Source of the DNA: Patescibacteria group bacterium
Lineage (GTDB): Bacteria; Patescibacteriota; Patescibacteriia; JBAZBY01
Assembly (NCBI GenBank): GCA_041671225.1
Contig: JBAZBY010000001.1
Location: 622,940 to 686,939 of the forward strand
Length of the DNA: 64,000 nucleotides
Direction of reading: 5' to 3'
The stretch's first letter is position 1. Every line of letters begins with the position of its first letter. Shown piece by piece: positions 19,661 to 30,062 of the stretch. The notes beneath the pieces are model-generated. The model was not told the DNA's origin, ran no database searches, and was given only the letters and a program-made list of their open reading frames with translations. Made by a program: the position numbers and the translations under genes.

Positions 19661-20074
19661 ATGTTGATGACACCCCGAAAAGTTAAACACCGCAAGTGGC
19701 ACCGCGGTACCACCAAAGGCAAGGCAACGCAAAAGACGACGCTTGCATTTGGTACGATCGGCCTTAAGGCACTTTCTACTGATTGGATTACCGCACGGCA
19801 ACTTGAATCGGCTCGTCGCGCAATGACTCGTTTTGTGCAGCGCGGTGGAAAAATTTGGATTCGGGTATTCACTGATAAACCGGTGACCGTGAAGGGCAAT
19901 GAGGTTCGTATGGGCGGAGGTAAGGGTGCCGTTGACCATTATGTCGCAGTAGTTCGACCCGGTACGATTATGTTTGAGATGGATGGTATTGATGAAACCA
20001 AGTCACGCCGCGCACTCGAGCTTGCAGCACATAAACTCCCCGTAAAGACCCGTATTGTGACAAAGCAGCAATAG
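19661..20074 (+). CDS. rplP: 50S ribosomal protein L16
   Basis: MLMTPRKVKHRKWHRG... Confidence 0.92.
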   Translation: MLMTPRKVKHRKWHRGTTKGKATQKTTLAFGTIGLKALSTDWITARQLESARRAMTRFVQRGGKIWIRVFTDKPVTVKGNEVRMGGGKGAVDHYVAVVRPGTIMFEMDGIDETKSRRALELAAHKLPVKTRIVTKQQ

Positions 20075-20075
20075 T

Positions 20076-20264
20076 ATGACGATCAAAGAACTTCGCATGA
20101 AATCACGAGCAGAACTGGAAAAGCTTCTTACGGAACAGCGAGAAGAGCTGCGTGATATCCGTTTCAAAGTATCACGAGACCAGATGAAGAATGTCCGTTC
20201 AATTCGTTCAACAAAGCAGGACATTGCACGCATTCTCACTATTTTGCATACAGAAAAGAAATAA
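20076..20264 (+). CDS. rpmC: 50S ribosomal protein L29
   Basis: 62 aa, MTIKELRMKSRAELEKLL... Confidence 0.88.
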   Translation: MTIKELRMKSRAELEKLLTEQREELRDIRFKVSRDQMKNVRSIRSTKQDIARILTILHTEKK

Positions 20265-20267
20265 TTT

Positions 20268-20573
20268 ATGGAAGACGCAGCAAAGACAACAGAAGCAAAA
20301 CGACGCCGGTTCACCGGTACGGTTGTGTCAGATAAAATGACCAAGAGTATTGTCGTGCGTATTGATCGCACAAAGACACATCCTCGGTATCATAAGAAAT
20401 ACACGGTTTCGAAACGTTTCCATGTACACGATCCAAAAGATCAAGCTCATGTTGGTGACACTGTTGTTATTGAGGAAACACGTCCAATTTCAAAGACCAT
20501 TCGTTGGCGTGTTCTTTCTGTTACTCCAAAGCCAGCGAAGTCTGGTTCAGTCATTGAGGAAACAAAGGAATAG
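20268..20573 (+). CDS. rpsQ: 30S ribosomal protein S17
   Basis: 101 aa, ...[22 protein letters not shown]... Confidence 0.9.
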   Translation: MEDAAKTTEAKRRRFTGTVVSDKMTKSIVVRIDRTKTHPRYHKKYTVSKRFHVHDPKDQAHVGDTVVIEETRPISKTIRWRVLSVTPKPAKSGSVIEETKE

Positions 20574-20574
20574 T

Positions 20575-20946
20575 ATGGTGCAGCCACAGTCTATCTTGAA
20601 TCTCGCAGACAACACCGGCGCAAAAAAACTCCGCGTCATTCGTGTTCTTGGTGGGTATCGCAAGCGATATGCGCGTATCGGTGATATTGTTACCGCATCG
20701 GTTCGTGAAGCAGCTCCCCATGGCATGGTGAAGAAGGGTGAAGTGGTGCGCGCCGTGATTGTCAGGCAGCGCAAAGAACTGCAGCGCAGCGATGGTTCGG
20801 CGATTCGTTTTGATGAGAATGCAGCAGTGATCATTGATAAGGAATCAAAGGAACCAAAGGGTACGCGTATTTTTGGCCCTGTTGCACGAGAGCTTAAAGA
20901 AATGGGATTTCAGAAAATTAATTCCCTTGCACCGGAGGTTCTCTAA
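20575..20946 (+). CDS. rplN: 50S ribosomal protein L14
   Basis: internal ATG of ORF 20350..20946: [27 protein letters not shown]... Confidence 0.9.
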   Translation: MVQPQSILNLADNTGAKKLRVIRVLGGYRKRYARIGDIVTASVREAAPHGMVKKGEVVRAVIVRQRKELQRSDGSAIRFDENAAVIIDKESKEPKGTRIFGPVARELKEMGFQKINSLAPEVL

Positions 20947-21254
20947 TGCAAACACGACCAAAAATGCCAATAAAGAAGGGCGATGTTGTGAAGGTATTAA
21001 CCGGCAAGGATCGCGGCAAGCAAGGAAAGGTTATTCAGGTTTTTCCAAAGCTCCAGCGTGTTGTTGTTGAAGGAGTGAACGCTTTTCAAAAGCATCTGCG
21101 TCCGCGTCGGGAAAACGAACCCGGTCAGCGGGTGGAATTCTTTTCACCACTGCATATGTCGAATGTCAAGAAAGTAAAAGAAGAGCCAAAGGCCAAGAAG
21201 CCGGCACAGGTGAAAGCAGAGAAGTCCGTCAAGACAACCAAGGCAGCAAAATAA
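20946..21254 (+). CDS. rplX: 50S ribosomal protein L24 with Lys-rich C-terminal extension
   Basis: KOW motif KKGDVVKVLTGKDRGKQGKV; ATG overlaps rplN stop. Confidence 0.9.
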   Translation: MQTRPKMPIKKGDVVKVLTGKDRGKQGKVIQVFPKLQRVVVEGVNAFQKHLRPRRENEPGQRVEFFSPLHMSNVKKVKEEPKAKKPAQVKAEKSVKTTKAAK

Positions 21255-21258
21255 TATT

Positions 21259-21882
21259 ATGGCAACTCGATTTTCAGAAAAATATAAGAAAGAAATACTT
21301 CCCAAGATGAAGGAACGCTTTCATTACAAGAACGAGATGGCGGTTCCAAAGTTAACGCAGGCTTCAGTGAATATTGGATTTGGCAAAGAAAAGGATAATG
21401 AGAAGGCAATAGAATACGCAGTGAAGAACTTGGTGCGCATTACTGGTCAGCAGCCGCAAATGACAAAAGCTCGTAAATCTATTGCAAGTTTCAAAGTGCG
21501 GGAAGGCCAGGTTGTTGGCGCAAAGGTGACACTGCGCGGTAGGCGCATGGAACAATTTCTTGACAAGCTCGTTTCTTCCACATTACCCCGTGTGCGTGAC
21601 TTCCGTGGTCTTTCTCTCGTATCATTTCAAAAAGGTGAGACAAACTACACCGTAGGCGTGCGCGAACATAACGTATTTCCTGAAATTAAAAGCGATGAAG
21701 TTGAAGCACTGCACGGATTAGAGGTAACAATTGTCACAACTGCAAAAACGGCGCCAGAAGCACAGGAATTACTAACGCTGTACGGCTTTCCGTTCACAAA
21801 AGAAGATATAAAGGAATTGAAGGAAGAAAAGCCAAAACAGGATAAGAATAAGTCTGGCAAAACCGGAAAGAAGGAGAAATAA
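21259..21882 (+). CDS. rplE: 50S ribosomal protein L5 with Lys-rich C-terminal extension
   Basis: 207 aa typical L5. Confidence 0.92.
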   Translation: MATRFSEKYKKEILPKMKERFHYKNEMAVPKLTQASVNIGFGKEKDNEKAIEYAVKNLVRITGQQPQMTKARKSIASFKVREGQVVGAKVTLRGRRMEQFLDKLVSSTLPRVRDFRGLSLVSFQKGETNYTVGVREHNVFPEIKSDEVEALHGLEVTIVTTAKTAPEAQELLTLYGFPFTKEDIKELKEEKPKQDKNKSGKTGKKEK

Positions 21883-21885
21883 GCT

Positions 21886-22080
21886 ATGGCACGGAAAGCA
21901 CAAATTATTAAATCACGTCGGAATGCCACGAAAGCGAAGTTTTCATCGCGTATCGTGCACCGTTGCTGGCGTTGCGGTCGAAATTCCGGTTATATGCGCG
22001 ACTTCAAGCTCTGTCGCATTTGTTTCCGCGAGCTCGCAAACCGGGGCGATATTCCGGGTATTCAGAAATCCAGTTGGTAA
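21886..22080 (+). CDS. rpsZ: 30S ribosomal protein S14 type Z (zinc-binding)
   Basis: 64 aa with CxxC...CxxC (CWRCGRNSGYMRDFKLCRIC). Confidence 0.9.
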   Translation: MARKAQIIKSRRNATKAKFSSRIVHRCWRCGRNSGYMRDFKLCRICFRELANRGDIPGIQKSSW

Positions 22081-22084
22081 ACCT

Positions 22085-22480
22085 ATGATCTCAGATCCAA
22101 TCGCAGACATGCTCACTATCGTTCGCAACGCGCTCATGGCGCGAAAGAAGAACGTGCATATTCCACATTCAAAAATGCGGGAAAAGCTTTGTCATATTTT
22201 AGTGAAGGAAAAATATTTGGAATCCTGCACCGTTACGGAAGAAGAGAGCCGCAAGACGCTTGATATACAATTGCGCTACACAGAAGATGGCCGCCCGGCT
22301 ATCACAACCATTCGCCGCATTTCCAAGCCAGGGCGTCGTGTGTATGTGGGGCGTCGTGAACTGCCAGTCGTGATCAATAATTTTGGTATTGCCATTCTTT
22401 CAACTCCACAAGGACTTATGACAAATCGCGAGGCGCGCAAGACATCTACGGGTGGAGAAATTATTTGCGAAATATACTAA
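22085..22480 (+). CDS. rpsH: 30S ribosomal protein S8
   Basis: internal ATG of ORF 21923..22480: MISDPIADMLTIVRNA... Confidence 0.9.
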   Translation: MISDPIADMLTIVRNALMARKKNVHIPHSKMREKLCHILVKEKYLESCTVTEEESRKTLDIQLRYTEDGRPAITTIRRISKPGRRVYVGRRELPVVINNFGIAILSTPQGLMTNREARKTSTGGEIICEIY

Positions 22481-22482
22481 AC

Positions 22483-23037
22483 ATGTCACGCATCGGACGA
22501 AAACCTATTGCACTTCCAAGCGGCGTCACTATGACGGTCGCTGACCGCGTGGTCACCATTAAAGGCAGCAAGGGTGAACTGACACAAGAACTTCACCGCC
22601 ATGTGAAGGTGGCACAGGAAGATCAGCAGCTGATAATCACTGTAACAAATCCGGATGAAAAACAGGACCGCGCTCTCTGGGGTCTTACTCGTGCATTAGT
22701 ACAGAATATGGTAACAGGTGTGAGCGACGGTTTTGAGAAACGCCTTGAAGTCAATGGTGTTGGCTATAAAGTTCTTGCATCTGGGAAAAAGTTAACATTG
22801 AATCTTGGTTATTCCCATCCAATTGTGTTCATGATTCCTGAAAAAATTGAGGCAGTCGTTGATGGCAATGTTATTATTCTGAAAGGCGCAGATAAGCAGT
22901 TAATCGGTGAGACCGCTGCGCAGATCCGTCGCTTGCGCAAGCCAGAACCATACAAGGGCAAAGGTATTAAATATGCAGAGGAAATCATCCGCCGCAAGGC
23001 CGGTAAGGTGGTGAAGGCTGCAGGAGGTGGATCATAA
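22483..23037 (+). CDS. rplF: 50S ribosomal protein L6
   Basis: [15 protein letters not shown]... Confidence 0.9.
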   Translation: MSRIGRKPIALPSGVTMTVADRVVTIKGSKGELTQELHRHVKVAQEDQQLIITVTNPDEKQDRALWGLTRALVQNMVTGVSDGFEKRLEVNGVGYKVLASGKKLTLNLGYSHPIVFMIPEKIEAVVDGNVIILKGADKQLIGETAAQIRRLRKPEPYKGKGIKYAEEIIRRKAGKVVKAAGGGS

Positions 23038-23038
23038 T

Positions 23039-23389
23039 ATGAAAGCAGCACATAAAGATGCACAGCGCATTCATCGTCATCACCGCGTCCGCGCGCGCGT
23101 GAAGGGCACTGCAGAGAGACCACGACTGGTCATTTCTCGTACACTCAAGCACATTGCTGCGCAGATCATTGATGATACCGTTGGGAGAACACTCGCCGCA
23201 GCACTGGACACAGAAATTAAAGAAAAGAAGAGCGGCAAAGAGCGTGCCGCAGCCGTCGGAGCTTTGCTCGCGGAAAAGGCGAAGAAGGCAGGTATTACGC
23301 AAGTGGTTTTTGATCGCGGTGGCCATAAGTATCACGGACGAGTTGCTGCACTGGCCGATGCTGCACGTAGTGGAGGTCTCCAGTTTTAA
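23039..23389 (+). CDS. rplR: 50S ribosomal protein L18
   Basis: [21 protein letters not shown]... Confidence 0.88.
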   Translation: MKAAHKDAQRIHRHHRVRARVKGTAERPRLVISRTLKHIAAQIIDDTVGRTLAAALDTEIKEKKSGKERAAAVGALLAEKAKKAGITQVVFDRGGHKYHGRVAALADAARSGGLQF

Positions 23390-23398
23390 AAATGCATT

Positions 23399-23950
23399 AT
23401 GATGAAAGAAGTAGGAAATCGTAAAGGAGGACGCAAAGGCCGCGATCGCGAGGTCCGCGAAAAGCGTGAGTTTGAACAGCGCGTTATTGAAATCGCACGC
23501 GTTACTCGCGTGGTCAAAGGCGGTAAGCGTATGCGCTTTCGTGCGTGCGTGGTTATTGGTGATGAGAAGGGCCGTGTTTCTATGGCAATTGCAAAAGGAC
23601 CAGATGTGCAAATTGCCGTAAACAAGGCAACGAATCAGGCAAAGAAGAAGATGTTTCTTGTACCGATGGTCGATGGAACGATTCCGCATAGCCTGCGTAT
23701 TCGCAGGCACGCAGCAGATATACTCCTCAAACCAGCTCCGAAAGGTACGGGAGTTATGGCTGGCGGTGCGTTACGTCCAGTTTTTGAGGTTATTGGACTT
23801 ACGAACGTTGTTGCAAAGATGCTTGGCTCAAAGAGCAAGATAAATAATGTGAAGGCATTGCTTGAAGGTTTGCGCATGTTAAAGCCGCCAAAGAAAAAGC
23901 GAACAGTAAAGCCTGGAGCACAGCAGACTGAACACACAGAGAAGAAATAG
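23399..23950 (+). CDS. rpsE: 30S ribosomal protein S5
   Basis: 183 aa typical S5; followed directly by rplO, with no L30 gene in between. Confidence 0.92.
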   Translation: MMKEVGNRKGGRKGRDREVREKREFEQRVIEIARVTRVVKGGKRMRFRACVVIGDEKGRVSMAIAKGPDVQIAVNKATNQAKKKMFLVPMVDGTIPHSLRIRRHAADILLKPAPKGTGVMAGGALRPVFEVIGLTNVVAKMLGSKSKINNVKALLEGLRMLKPPKKKRTVKPGAQQTEHTEKK

Positions 23951-23953
23951 ATT

Positions 23954-24454
23954 ATGTCACTTTCACTCCATACACTTACGGCATCAAAACGACGCAGCAA
24001 AAAGCGCGTCGGGCGCGGGAATGCATCTGGGCGCGGCACATATTCAAGCCGCGGCTTGAAGGGTCAGCGTTCACGTTCTGGTGGAAGTCGCGGTATTATG
24101 CGCCGTAGTCTTAAGGCATTCTATGTCAAAACACCGAAGGTCAAAGGATTTTCAGGAAAAGAGGAAGGTCAGCTCACATTGAACCTTCGTGATATTGATC
24201 GCTTTTTTCCAAAGCATACCACTATTCGTTTGAAGGATTATTATGACGCCGGGCTCCTTTCTAGCTCAATACGTCGCGTAAAGCTTCTTGCACAGGGTGA
24301 ACTTTCACGGCCAGTACAGCTTTTTGTTCATGCCGCATCTCAGAGTGCACAAAAGGCCGTGGAAAAGGCAGGCGGACGTGTTACTCTGATTGTAGAGAAG
24401 CCAGCACGTGCCGGATCAAAGGGCGGAGAGAAGAAGTTCAACAAAAGTTCATAG
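23954..24454 (+). CDS. rplO: 50S ribosomal protein L15
   Basis: ...RVGRGNASGRGTYSSRGLKGQRSRSGG... Confidence 0.9.
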   Translation: MSLSLHTLTASKRRSKKRVGRGNASGRGTYSSRGLKGQRSRSGGSRGIMRRSLKAFYVKTPKVKGFSGKEEGQLTLNLRDIDRFFPKHTTIRLKDYYDAGLLSSSIRRVKLLAQGELSRPVQLFVHAASQSAQKAVEKAGGRVTLIVEKPARAGSKGGEKKFNKSS

Positions 24455-24462
24455 GGGGTTAC

Positions 24463-25743
24463 ATGGGCGTTTGGGAAAAAATATCTTTACTCTGGCGTGT
24501 CAAAGACTTGCGCAATCGCATCCTCTTCGTCTTGGGGCTGCTCTTTGTGTTTCGGATTACTGCGCATATCCCAATCCCAGGCGTTGATACGGGAGCGCTA
24601 AAAGAATTTTTTGCATCAAATCAACTCCTCGGATTGCTGAATATTTTTTCAGGAGGTGCGCTGGAAAACTTTTCCATCGTCATGCTTGGCGTTGGTCCCT
24701 ATATCACCGCATCGATCATTATGCAGTTGCTGCAAATGATTGTACCGAGCCTTGAAGAGCTTGCAAAAGAAGGCGAGTATGGGCGTCAGAAGATTAATCA
24801 GTGGACACGTTTACTCGCAGTGCCACTGGCAGCAGTACAGGGCTTTGCAACCATTCATCTTTTGCGCCAGCAAGGTGGGGGAATTATCGCTGATATGGAT
24901 CTCTTTAAAACCATCACCGCAGTCATTACTATTACTGCGGGATCCATGTTCTTGATGTGGCTCGGTGAGCTTATTACGGAGAAGCGTATTGGTAATGGCA
25001 TTAGTTTAATGATTTTTGCCGGTATCGTTGCCGGATTGCCGGCACAGATTGGCCAGACAGCGGCCGTCTTTGATTCTGGGCAGTTGGGCACGGTTGCTAT
25101 TTTTGTGATCATGGGTCTTATCACCATTGCTGGCGTGGTGTTCGTTACAGAAGCAAACCGTAATATTCCGGTGCAGTACGCGCGACGCATTCGCGGCAAT
25201 AAGGTGTATGGTGGCGTTTCAAGCCATTTACCGATGCGCGTGAATCAGGCAGGTGTTATCCCAATTATTTTTGCAATTTCTCTTGTATTGTTCCCACCGC
25301 TTATTGCGCAGTTTTTTGTGAATTCTGGGAACGCATTCATTGCGAATGTATCAACTTGGATCACCGTGGAGTTTCAGGGAGGCGTGATCTATTCTGCAAC
25401 GTACTTTATACTTGTTGTCGCCTTTGCGTATTTTTATACTGCGGTGATTTTTCACCCAGATCAGATTGCAGAGAATCTTCAGAAACAGGGTGGCTTTATC
25501 CCAGGTATTCGTCCTGGACGTCACACACAAGAATATCTTTCCTATGTTTCTAGTCGTATTCTTCTTGCTGGGGCGCTTTTCCTTGGTCTTATTGCGGTGC
25601 TACCAAATATTGTTCAGGGTGTGACTAATATCAGTACCCTTATTCTTGGTGGTACAAGCCTCTTGATCGTGGTTTCTGTGGTCATTGAGACCGTCAAGCA
25701 GATTGACTCGCACCTCATTGCCCGCGATTACGAAGGGCTGTAG
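24463..25743 (+). CDS. secY: preprotein translocase subunit SecY
   Basis: 426 aa, 10 TM, typical SecY sequence. Confidence 0.93.
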   Translation: MGVWEKISLLWRVKDLRNRILFVLGLLFVFRITAHIPIPGVDTGALKEFFASNQLLGLLNIFSGGALENFSIVMLGVGPYITASIIMQLLQMIVPSLEELAKEGEYGRQKINQWTRLLAVPLAAVQGFATIHLLRQQGGGIIADMDLFKTITAVITITAGSMFLMWLGELITEKRIGNGISLMIFAGIVAGLPAQIGQTAAVFDSGQLGTVAIFVIMGLITIAGVVFVTEANRNIPVQYARRIRGNKVYGGVSSHLPMRVNQAGVIPIIFAISLVLFPPLIAQFFVNSGNAFIANVSTWITVEFQGGVIYSATYFILVVAFAYFYTAVIFHPDQIAENLQKQGGFIPGIRPGRHTQEYLSYVSSRILLAGALFLGLIAVLPNIVQGVTNISTLILGGTSLLIVVSVVIETVKQIDSHLIARDYEGL

Positions 25744-25752
25744 AATAGCGCT

Positions 25753-26337
25753 ATGACGGCCGCGAAATTAAAAACCGTCGTTATTCTGGGCTCACAGGGT
25801 TCAGGAAAAGGCACGCAGGCAAAACTCCTGGCTGAGCGTTTTGGGTTTGTTCATATTGAAGTCGGAGCGATCCTGCGGAAAAAAGCGCAGGAAGAGAGCG
25901 ATGAAGGCAGAAATGTTGATGCAATGCTCAAGCAGGGAATTCTTTTGCCATTCGATTTGGTTATGAGTCTTGTGCGTGCGGAGGTTGCGGCGCAACCAAT
26001 GACAACATCGCTCGTTTTTGATGGCACGCCACGACGACCTATTGAGATTTCGTATTGGGAGAAAGCATTACCAGAAATGGGTCGCGCATTCACTGATGTA
26101 TTGCTTATTACGCTTCATGAGCAGAAGGCGATTGAAAGGATGTCCCTTCGTGCACAGAAAGAAAAACGAGATGATGACACCCCTCACGCCATTGCCGAGC
26201 GACTCAAAAATTTTAAAGAAAGCACCGCACCGGTGATTGACCATTATCGCAAGGAAGGTATTCTTCGAGAAATCAATGGGGATCAAACAATTGATGAGGT
26301 TCATGCGGATATTGTCAACATACTTGATCTCGCATGA
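25753..26337 (+). CDS. adk: adenylate kinase
   Basis: P-loop GSQGSGKGTQA. Confidence 0.9.
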   Translation: MTAAKLKTVVILGSQGSGKGTQAKLLAERFGFVHIEVGAILRKKAQEESDEGRNVDAMLKQGILLPFDLVMSLVRAEVAAQPMTTSLVFDGTPRRPIEISYWEKALPEMGRAFTDVLLITLHEQKAIERMSLRAQKEKRDDDTPHAIAERLKNFKESTAPVIDHYRKEGILREINGDQTIDEVHADIVNILDLA

Positions 26338-27086
26338 TTACCACCAATGAACAGACAATTGCGCGTTTAGAAAAAAGTGGCCGTATTCTTGCAAAGGCAT
26401 TACAGAAGACTGCAGCAGCTGTTGCGCCAGGCATGAGTACCAAGGACCTCGATGTCATTGCACAGGAATCAATTGAGCAACAAGGGGGCACCCCTGCGTT
26501 TTTGAATTACAGTGGTTTCCCGGCAAGTCTTTGTACCTCACGAAATCATATTGTGGTCCATGGGATCCCCAGCAAAGATGAGAAGCTGCAGGAGGGTGAT
26601 ATTATTGGTCTCGACCTTGGTGTGAATTTTGAAGGTGCTTTTACGGATATGGCGGTTACGGTATCTGTCGGTCCCATTCCCGAAGAAGTCCAGCGGCTTA
26701 TCACCACAACTCGGAAGTCACTTACCGCAGGACTTGATGTGCTTCATGCAGGAGTGCGCACGGGAGATATTGGAGCAGCGGTTCAGGCCGTCGCGGAGGC
26801 AAGTGGGTACGGCGTTGTTCGTGACTTTGTCGGGCATGGCGTGGGCGCGGCAGTACACGAAGAACCGCAGATTCCGAATGTTGGACGTGCTGGCTTTGGA
26901 GCGGTGCTGCCGCTTGGCAGTGTCATTGCTATTGAGCCAATGATCAATATGGGCGGGCCGGGCGTTACGGTGCAGGATGATCGCTGGGCTGTCGCAACGA
27001 ATGATAGAGGACTTTCTGCTCATTTTGAAGTCACGGTGCGTATCACAGAAAAGGGCTTTTCATATATTACGCCGCCATTTTTATGA
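26334..27086 (+). CDS. map: type I methionine aminopeptidase
   Basis: 250 aa; metal-binding D/D/H/E/E pattern typical of MetAP. Confidence 0.9.
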   Translation: MITTNEQTIARLEKSGRILAKALQKTAAAVAPGMSTKDLDVIAQESIEQQGGTPAFLNYSGFPASLCTSRNHIVVHGIPSKDEKLQEGDIIGLDLGVNFEGAFTDMAVTVSVGPIPEEVQRLITTTRKSLTAGLDVLHAGVRTGDIGAAVQAVAEASGYGVVRDFVGHGVGAAVHEEPQIPNVGRAGFGAVLPLGSVIAIEPMINMGGPGVTVQDDRWAVATNDRGLSAHFEVTVRITEKGFSYITPPFL

Positions 27087-27478
27087 AAAAGGTACTCGGT
27101 ATCGATTGGGGACGCGCGCATATTGGTATTGCGATATCCGATGCAGATCATCGTTGGGCATTTCCACGATCGGAAGTCGCACCAGGTAAGCCTTTTTTTG
27201 ACACCCTTGCGGTACTCCAAAAGGAAGAGGATATTGGAGCAGTGGTCGTTGGGTATCCATTACCACTCGGCAAGGCAGGTTCGGTAGGCGAGCAGCAGCT
27301 CAAAGATGTTGAGATATTTGCCGCAGATCTCCGTATTCGTTTGGGGGTGCCCGTGGCGTTGATGGATGAACGTATGAGTAATATGAAGGCAGCGATACAG
27401 CAATATCCTGATGCGGGTGACCATGAACGCGCGGCGGCAATGCTTCTTTCTGAGTATCTTGCACGCGCAGCATTATGA
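27083..27478 (+). CDS. ruvX: Holliday-junction resolvase-like protein YqgF/RuvX
   Basis: MKKVLGIDWGRAHIGIAISD... Confidence 0.8.
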   Translation: MKKVLGIDWGRAHIGIAISDADHRWAFPRSEVAPGKPFFDTLAVLQKEEDIGAVVVGYPLPLGKAGSVGEQQLKDVEIFAADLRIRLGVPVALMDERMSNMKAAIQQYPDAGDHERAAAMLLSEYLARAAL

Positions 27479-28581
27479 TATACGTTGTAGGATTTTTTGG
27501 GGCACTTCTCCTTGGGCTTGTTGTCACACCACTCGTGATCCGGCTTGCACGTCATTTGGGCTTACTTGATGTTCCTGCAGTTGCCCCGCATCGCAAAATT
27601 CACAAAAAACCAATGCCCCTTCTTGGTGGTAGCGCGATCATGTTTGCGTTTTTTTTCATGACGGTACTTTTCATGTTGCACGGGGATATCTTTAGCGGTG
27701 AACTCGGCGCACTTTCTCGCAAGGCATTTTGGGGAATTGCTTTTGGTGCAGCTTTTCTCTTGGTTGGTGGTTTTCTTGATGATAAATATGATCTTCGCGC
27801 CCGTTGGAAATTTGTGTACCCGATTGCGGCAACGTTTTCACTGATCGTTGGTGGTATTGGCGTACTGTTCATCACAAATCCGTTTGGTGGGATTTTTAAT
27901 CTTGAGCAAATACGCATCACACTCTTTTCACTGGATGGGATACCCTATCAACTCGTTCTCTTTGCTGACGTGTTCACCTTTCTCTGGCTGATGGGGTCGA
28001 TGTTTACAACAAAATTTCTTGATGGCATGGACGGACTTGTCACAGGAATTGGTGTGATAGGTGCGGTTGTTATTTTTCTTCTTTCACTTCGTCCTGAGGT
28101 TGCACAGCCAGAACTCGCGCTTCTTTCAGCTATTTTTGGAGGAGCACTCCTTGGATTTTTCCCGTATAATTTTTACCCTGCACGTATTTTTCTTGGCGAG
28201 GGAGGTTCCCTTTTTGTTGGTTTTATTCTTGGGACGCTTTCGATCCTTGCAGGGGGGAAGATTGCAACCGCCTTGTTGATTCTTGGCCTCCCCATTCTTG
28301 ACGTGGCGTGGGCGATTATGCGAAGACTCATGGCTGGTCGTTCACCATTTTCTGCAGACCGGCAGCATCTTCATCATCGTCTGCTTGATTCTGGCCTGCC
28401 GCATCGCACGGTCGTCCTCTTTTTTTATGGTCTCACTCTTCTTTTTGGATTTTCGACACTTTTTGTACGTGGAGCAATGAAGGCGGCAGTACTGGTCATC
28501 CTTGTATTTGTGATGGCACTTCTTGCATACCTTGCGATCCGTTTTGAAAACCGCAAGGTGAACCACAAGCCTCATGAGTAG
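27475..28581 (+). CDS. MraY/WecA-family polyprenyl-phosphate sugar-1-phosphate transferase (glycosyltransferase family 4)
   Basis: 10-11 TM; DDKYDL and FLDGMDGLVTG signature motifs. Confidence 0.75.
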   Translation: MIYVVGFFGALLLGLVVTPLVIRLARHLGLLDVPAVAPHRKIHKKPMPLLGGSAIMFAFFFMTVLFMLHGDIFSGELGALSRKAFWGIAFGAAFLLVGGFLDDKYDLRARWKFVYPIAATFSLIVGGIGVLFITNPFGGIFNLEQIRITLFSLDGIPYQLVLFADVFTFLWLMGSMFTTKFLDGMDGLVTGIGVIGAVVIFLLSLRPEVAQPELALLSAIFGGALLGFFPYNFYPARIFLGEGGSLFVGFILGTLSILAGGKIATALLILGLPILDVAWAIMRRLMAGRSPFSADRQHLHHRLLDSGLPHRTVVLFFYGLTLLFGFSTLFVRGAMKAAVLVILVFVMALLAYLAIRFENRKVNHKPHE

Positions 28582-29080
28582 ATCCATTGTTAATCTTTTT
28601 TTGATTCTGATTCTTTTTGGAGGTTTTTTTACGGCGTTCTTTTATGAAGATTTAGCGCGTGAGGCTCGTTTTTTGTGGACTGATATAAGGGAGTTGTTTC
28701 AGCCATTGGAAGAGTGGGAGGTTGTACTTGAAGATGGAACTGAACTTTCTCTTCCCGTTGCGCAGACTGAAGATGAATTGCAACGCGGATTAATGAATCG
28801 TCGATCTCTTGAAGATGGAGAGGGGATGATTCTTGCTTACGACGAGCCATCTTTGCATAGCATCTGGATGAAGAATGTGTATTTTAATCTTGATCTACTA
28901 TGGGTGGAAAATGATACTGTTATGTATCTCCTTCCTAATACGCAACGAGCAGCAGGTGTGGAGAATCCGCCAATCTATTCACCGGACGCGCCTTCAACTT
29001 ATGTTGTGGAATTCCCCGCTGGATATGCTAAAACGCATGCTATTGAGCAGGGGGGTATTCTGATGATTAAGAAGGATTGA
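28574..29080 (+). CDS. DUF192-family protein (COG1430) with N-terminal membrane anchor
   Basis: GLMNRRSLEDGEGMIL...SIWMKNVYFNLDLLWV pattern of DUF192. Confidence 0.65.
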   Translation: MSRSIVNLFLILILFGGFFTAFFYEDLAREARFLWTDIRELFQPLEEWEVVLEDGTELSLPVAQTEDELQRGLMNRRSLEDGEGMILAYDEPSLHSIWMKNVYFNLDLLWVENDTVMYLLPNTQRAAGVENPPIYSPDAPSTYVVEFPAGYAKTHAIEQGGILMIKKD

Positions 29081-29112
29081 CGCCATACACAGGCTTTGGT
29101 AGGATATCCGCC

Positions 29113-29439
29113 ATGAGTACACAGAATGAAAGTAAGGATTTTGCGGTGATTGCCACAGGCGGTAAGCAGTATGTTGTGCACCCTGGCCAAACAATTGCCG
29201 TGGAAAAATTAGAAGAAGCAGAGGGCCAGGTTACCTTTGAGAAGGTGCTTCTGCAGTCAAAAGCAGGAAAAGTCACTATCGGCACTCCTGAGATTTCAGG
29301 CGCCAAGGTTATGGGTACCATTCTCAAAACTGCCAAAGGCAAAAAGATCATGGTCGTGAAATACAAGAACAAGACGCGCCAACGCAGCTCAAATGGTCAT
29401 CGCCAGACCCGGGCTACTGTGAAGATAGAAAGCGTCTAG
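29113..29439 (+). CDS. rplU: 50S ribosomal protein L21
   Basis: internal ATG of ORF 29077..29439: ...FAVIATGGKQYVVHPGQ... Confidence 0.85.
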   Translation: MSTQNESKDFAVIATGGKQYVVHPGQTIAVEKLEEAEGQVTFEKVLLQSKAGKVTIGTPEISGAKVMGTILKTAKGKKIMVVKYKNKTRQRSSNGHRQTRATVKIESV

Positions 29440-30062
29440 TTTGCCTTTGAGGGACGTGATGCAGTAAGCTCTTCGCGGCGTGCGAAGGCATTTTCAAGTG
29501 TCTGGTCATCCGCGTACGCAATATCAGCACCCATCGGGAGTCCTCGGGCGAGACGCGTCATGCGTATTCCCAATTTTGTGAAACGCTTTGTGAGATATTG
29601 CGTGGTTGCTTCGCCTTCCATCGTCGGATCCAGTGCAATGATAAGCTCTTGCACCTTTTTTTCTTTGATGCGCTTCTCGAGTGCATCCACCGTAAGTCGC
29701 TCGGGAGTTATGCCAGCAGTTGGCCGAAGCACTCCACCAAGAATGTGGTATTTTCCTGCAAAAGCGCCACTGCGTTCCAACGCATGAAGATCTGAACTTT
29801 CTGCAACAACACAAAGATGTTCATCACTACGGTTTGCATCCCCGCAGATATTGCAGGGACTTTTTTCTGCAAAATCAAAGCAGATGACGCATGTTGCGAT
29901 GGTTCGCGAGAGATCGCTGATCGCATCTGCCATCGCCTCTCGCTCGCTCTTTGGCAGCTTTAACAGCGTGTAGATATAACGCTCCGCAGTTTTTGGGCCA
30001 ACACCTGGGAGCTGTGTGAAGCGCTCAATGAGGCGCTGGATAACGAAGGGGAATCGTGCCAT
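29436..30062 (-). CDS. recR: recombination protein RecR
   Basis: HhH motif LPGVGPKTAERY, C4 zinc finger CVICFDFAEKSPCNIC, Toprim domain. Confidence 0.92.
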   Translation of the reverse strand: MARFPFVIQRLIERFTQLPGVGPKTAERYIYTLLKLPKSEREAMADAISDLSRTIATCVICFDFAEKSPCNICGDANRSDEHLCVVAESSDLHALERSGAFAGKYHILGGVLRPTAGITPERLTVDALEKRIKEKKVQELIIALDPTMEGEATTQYLTKRFTKLGIRMTRLARGLPMGADIAYADDQTLENAFARREELTASRPSKAN

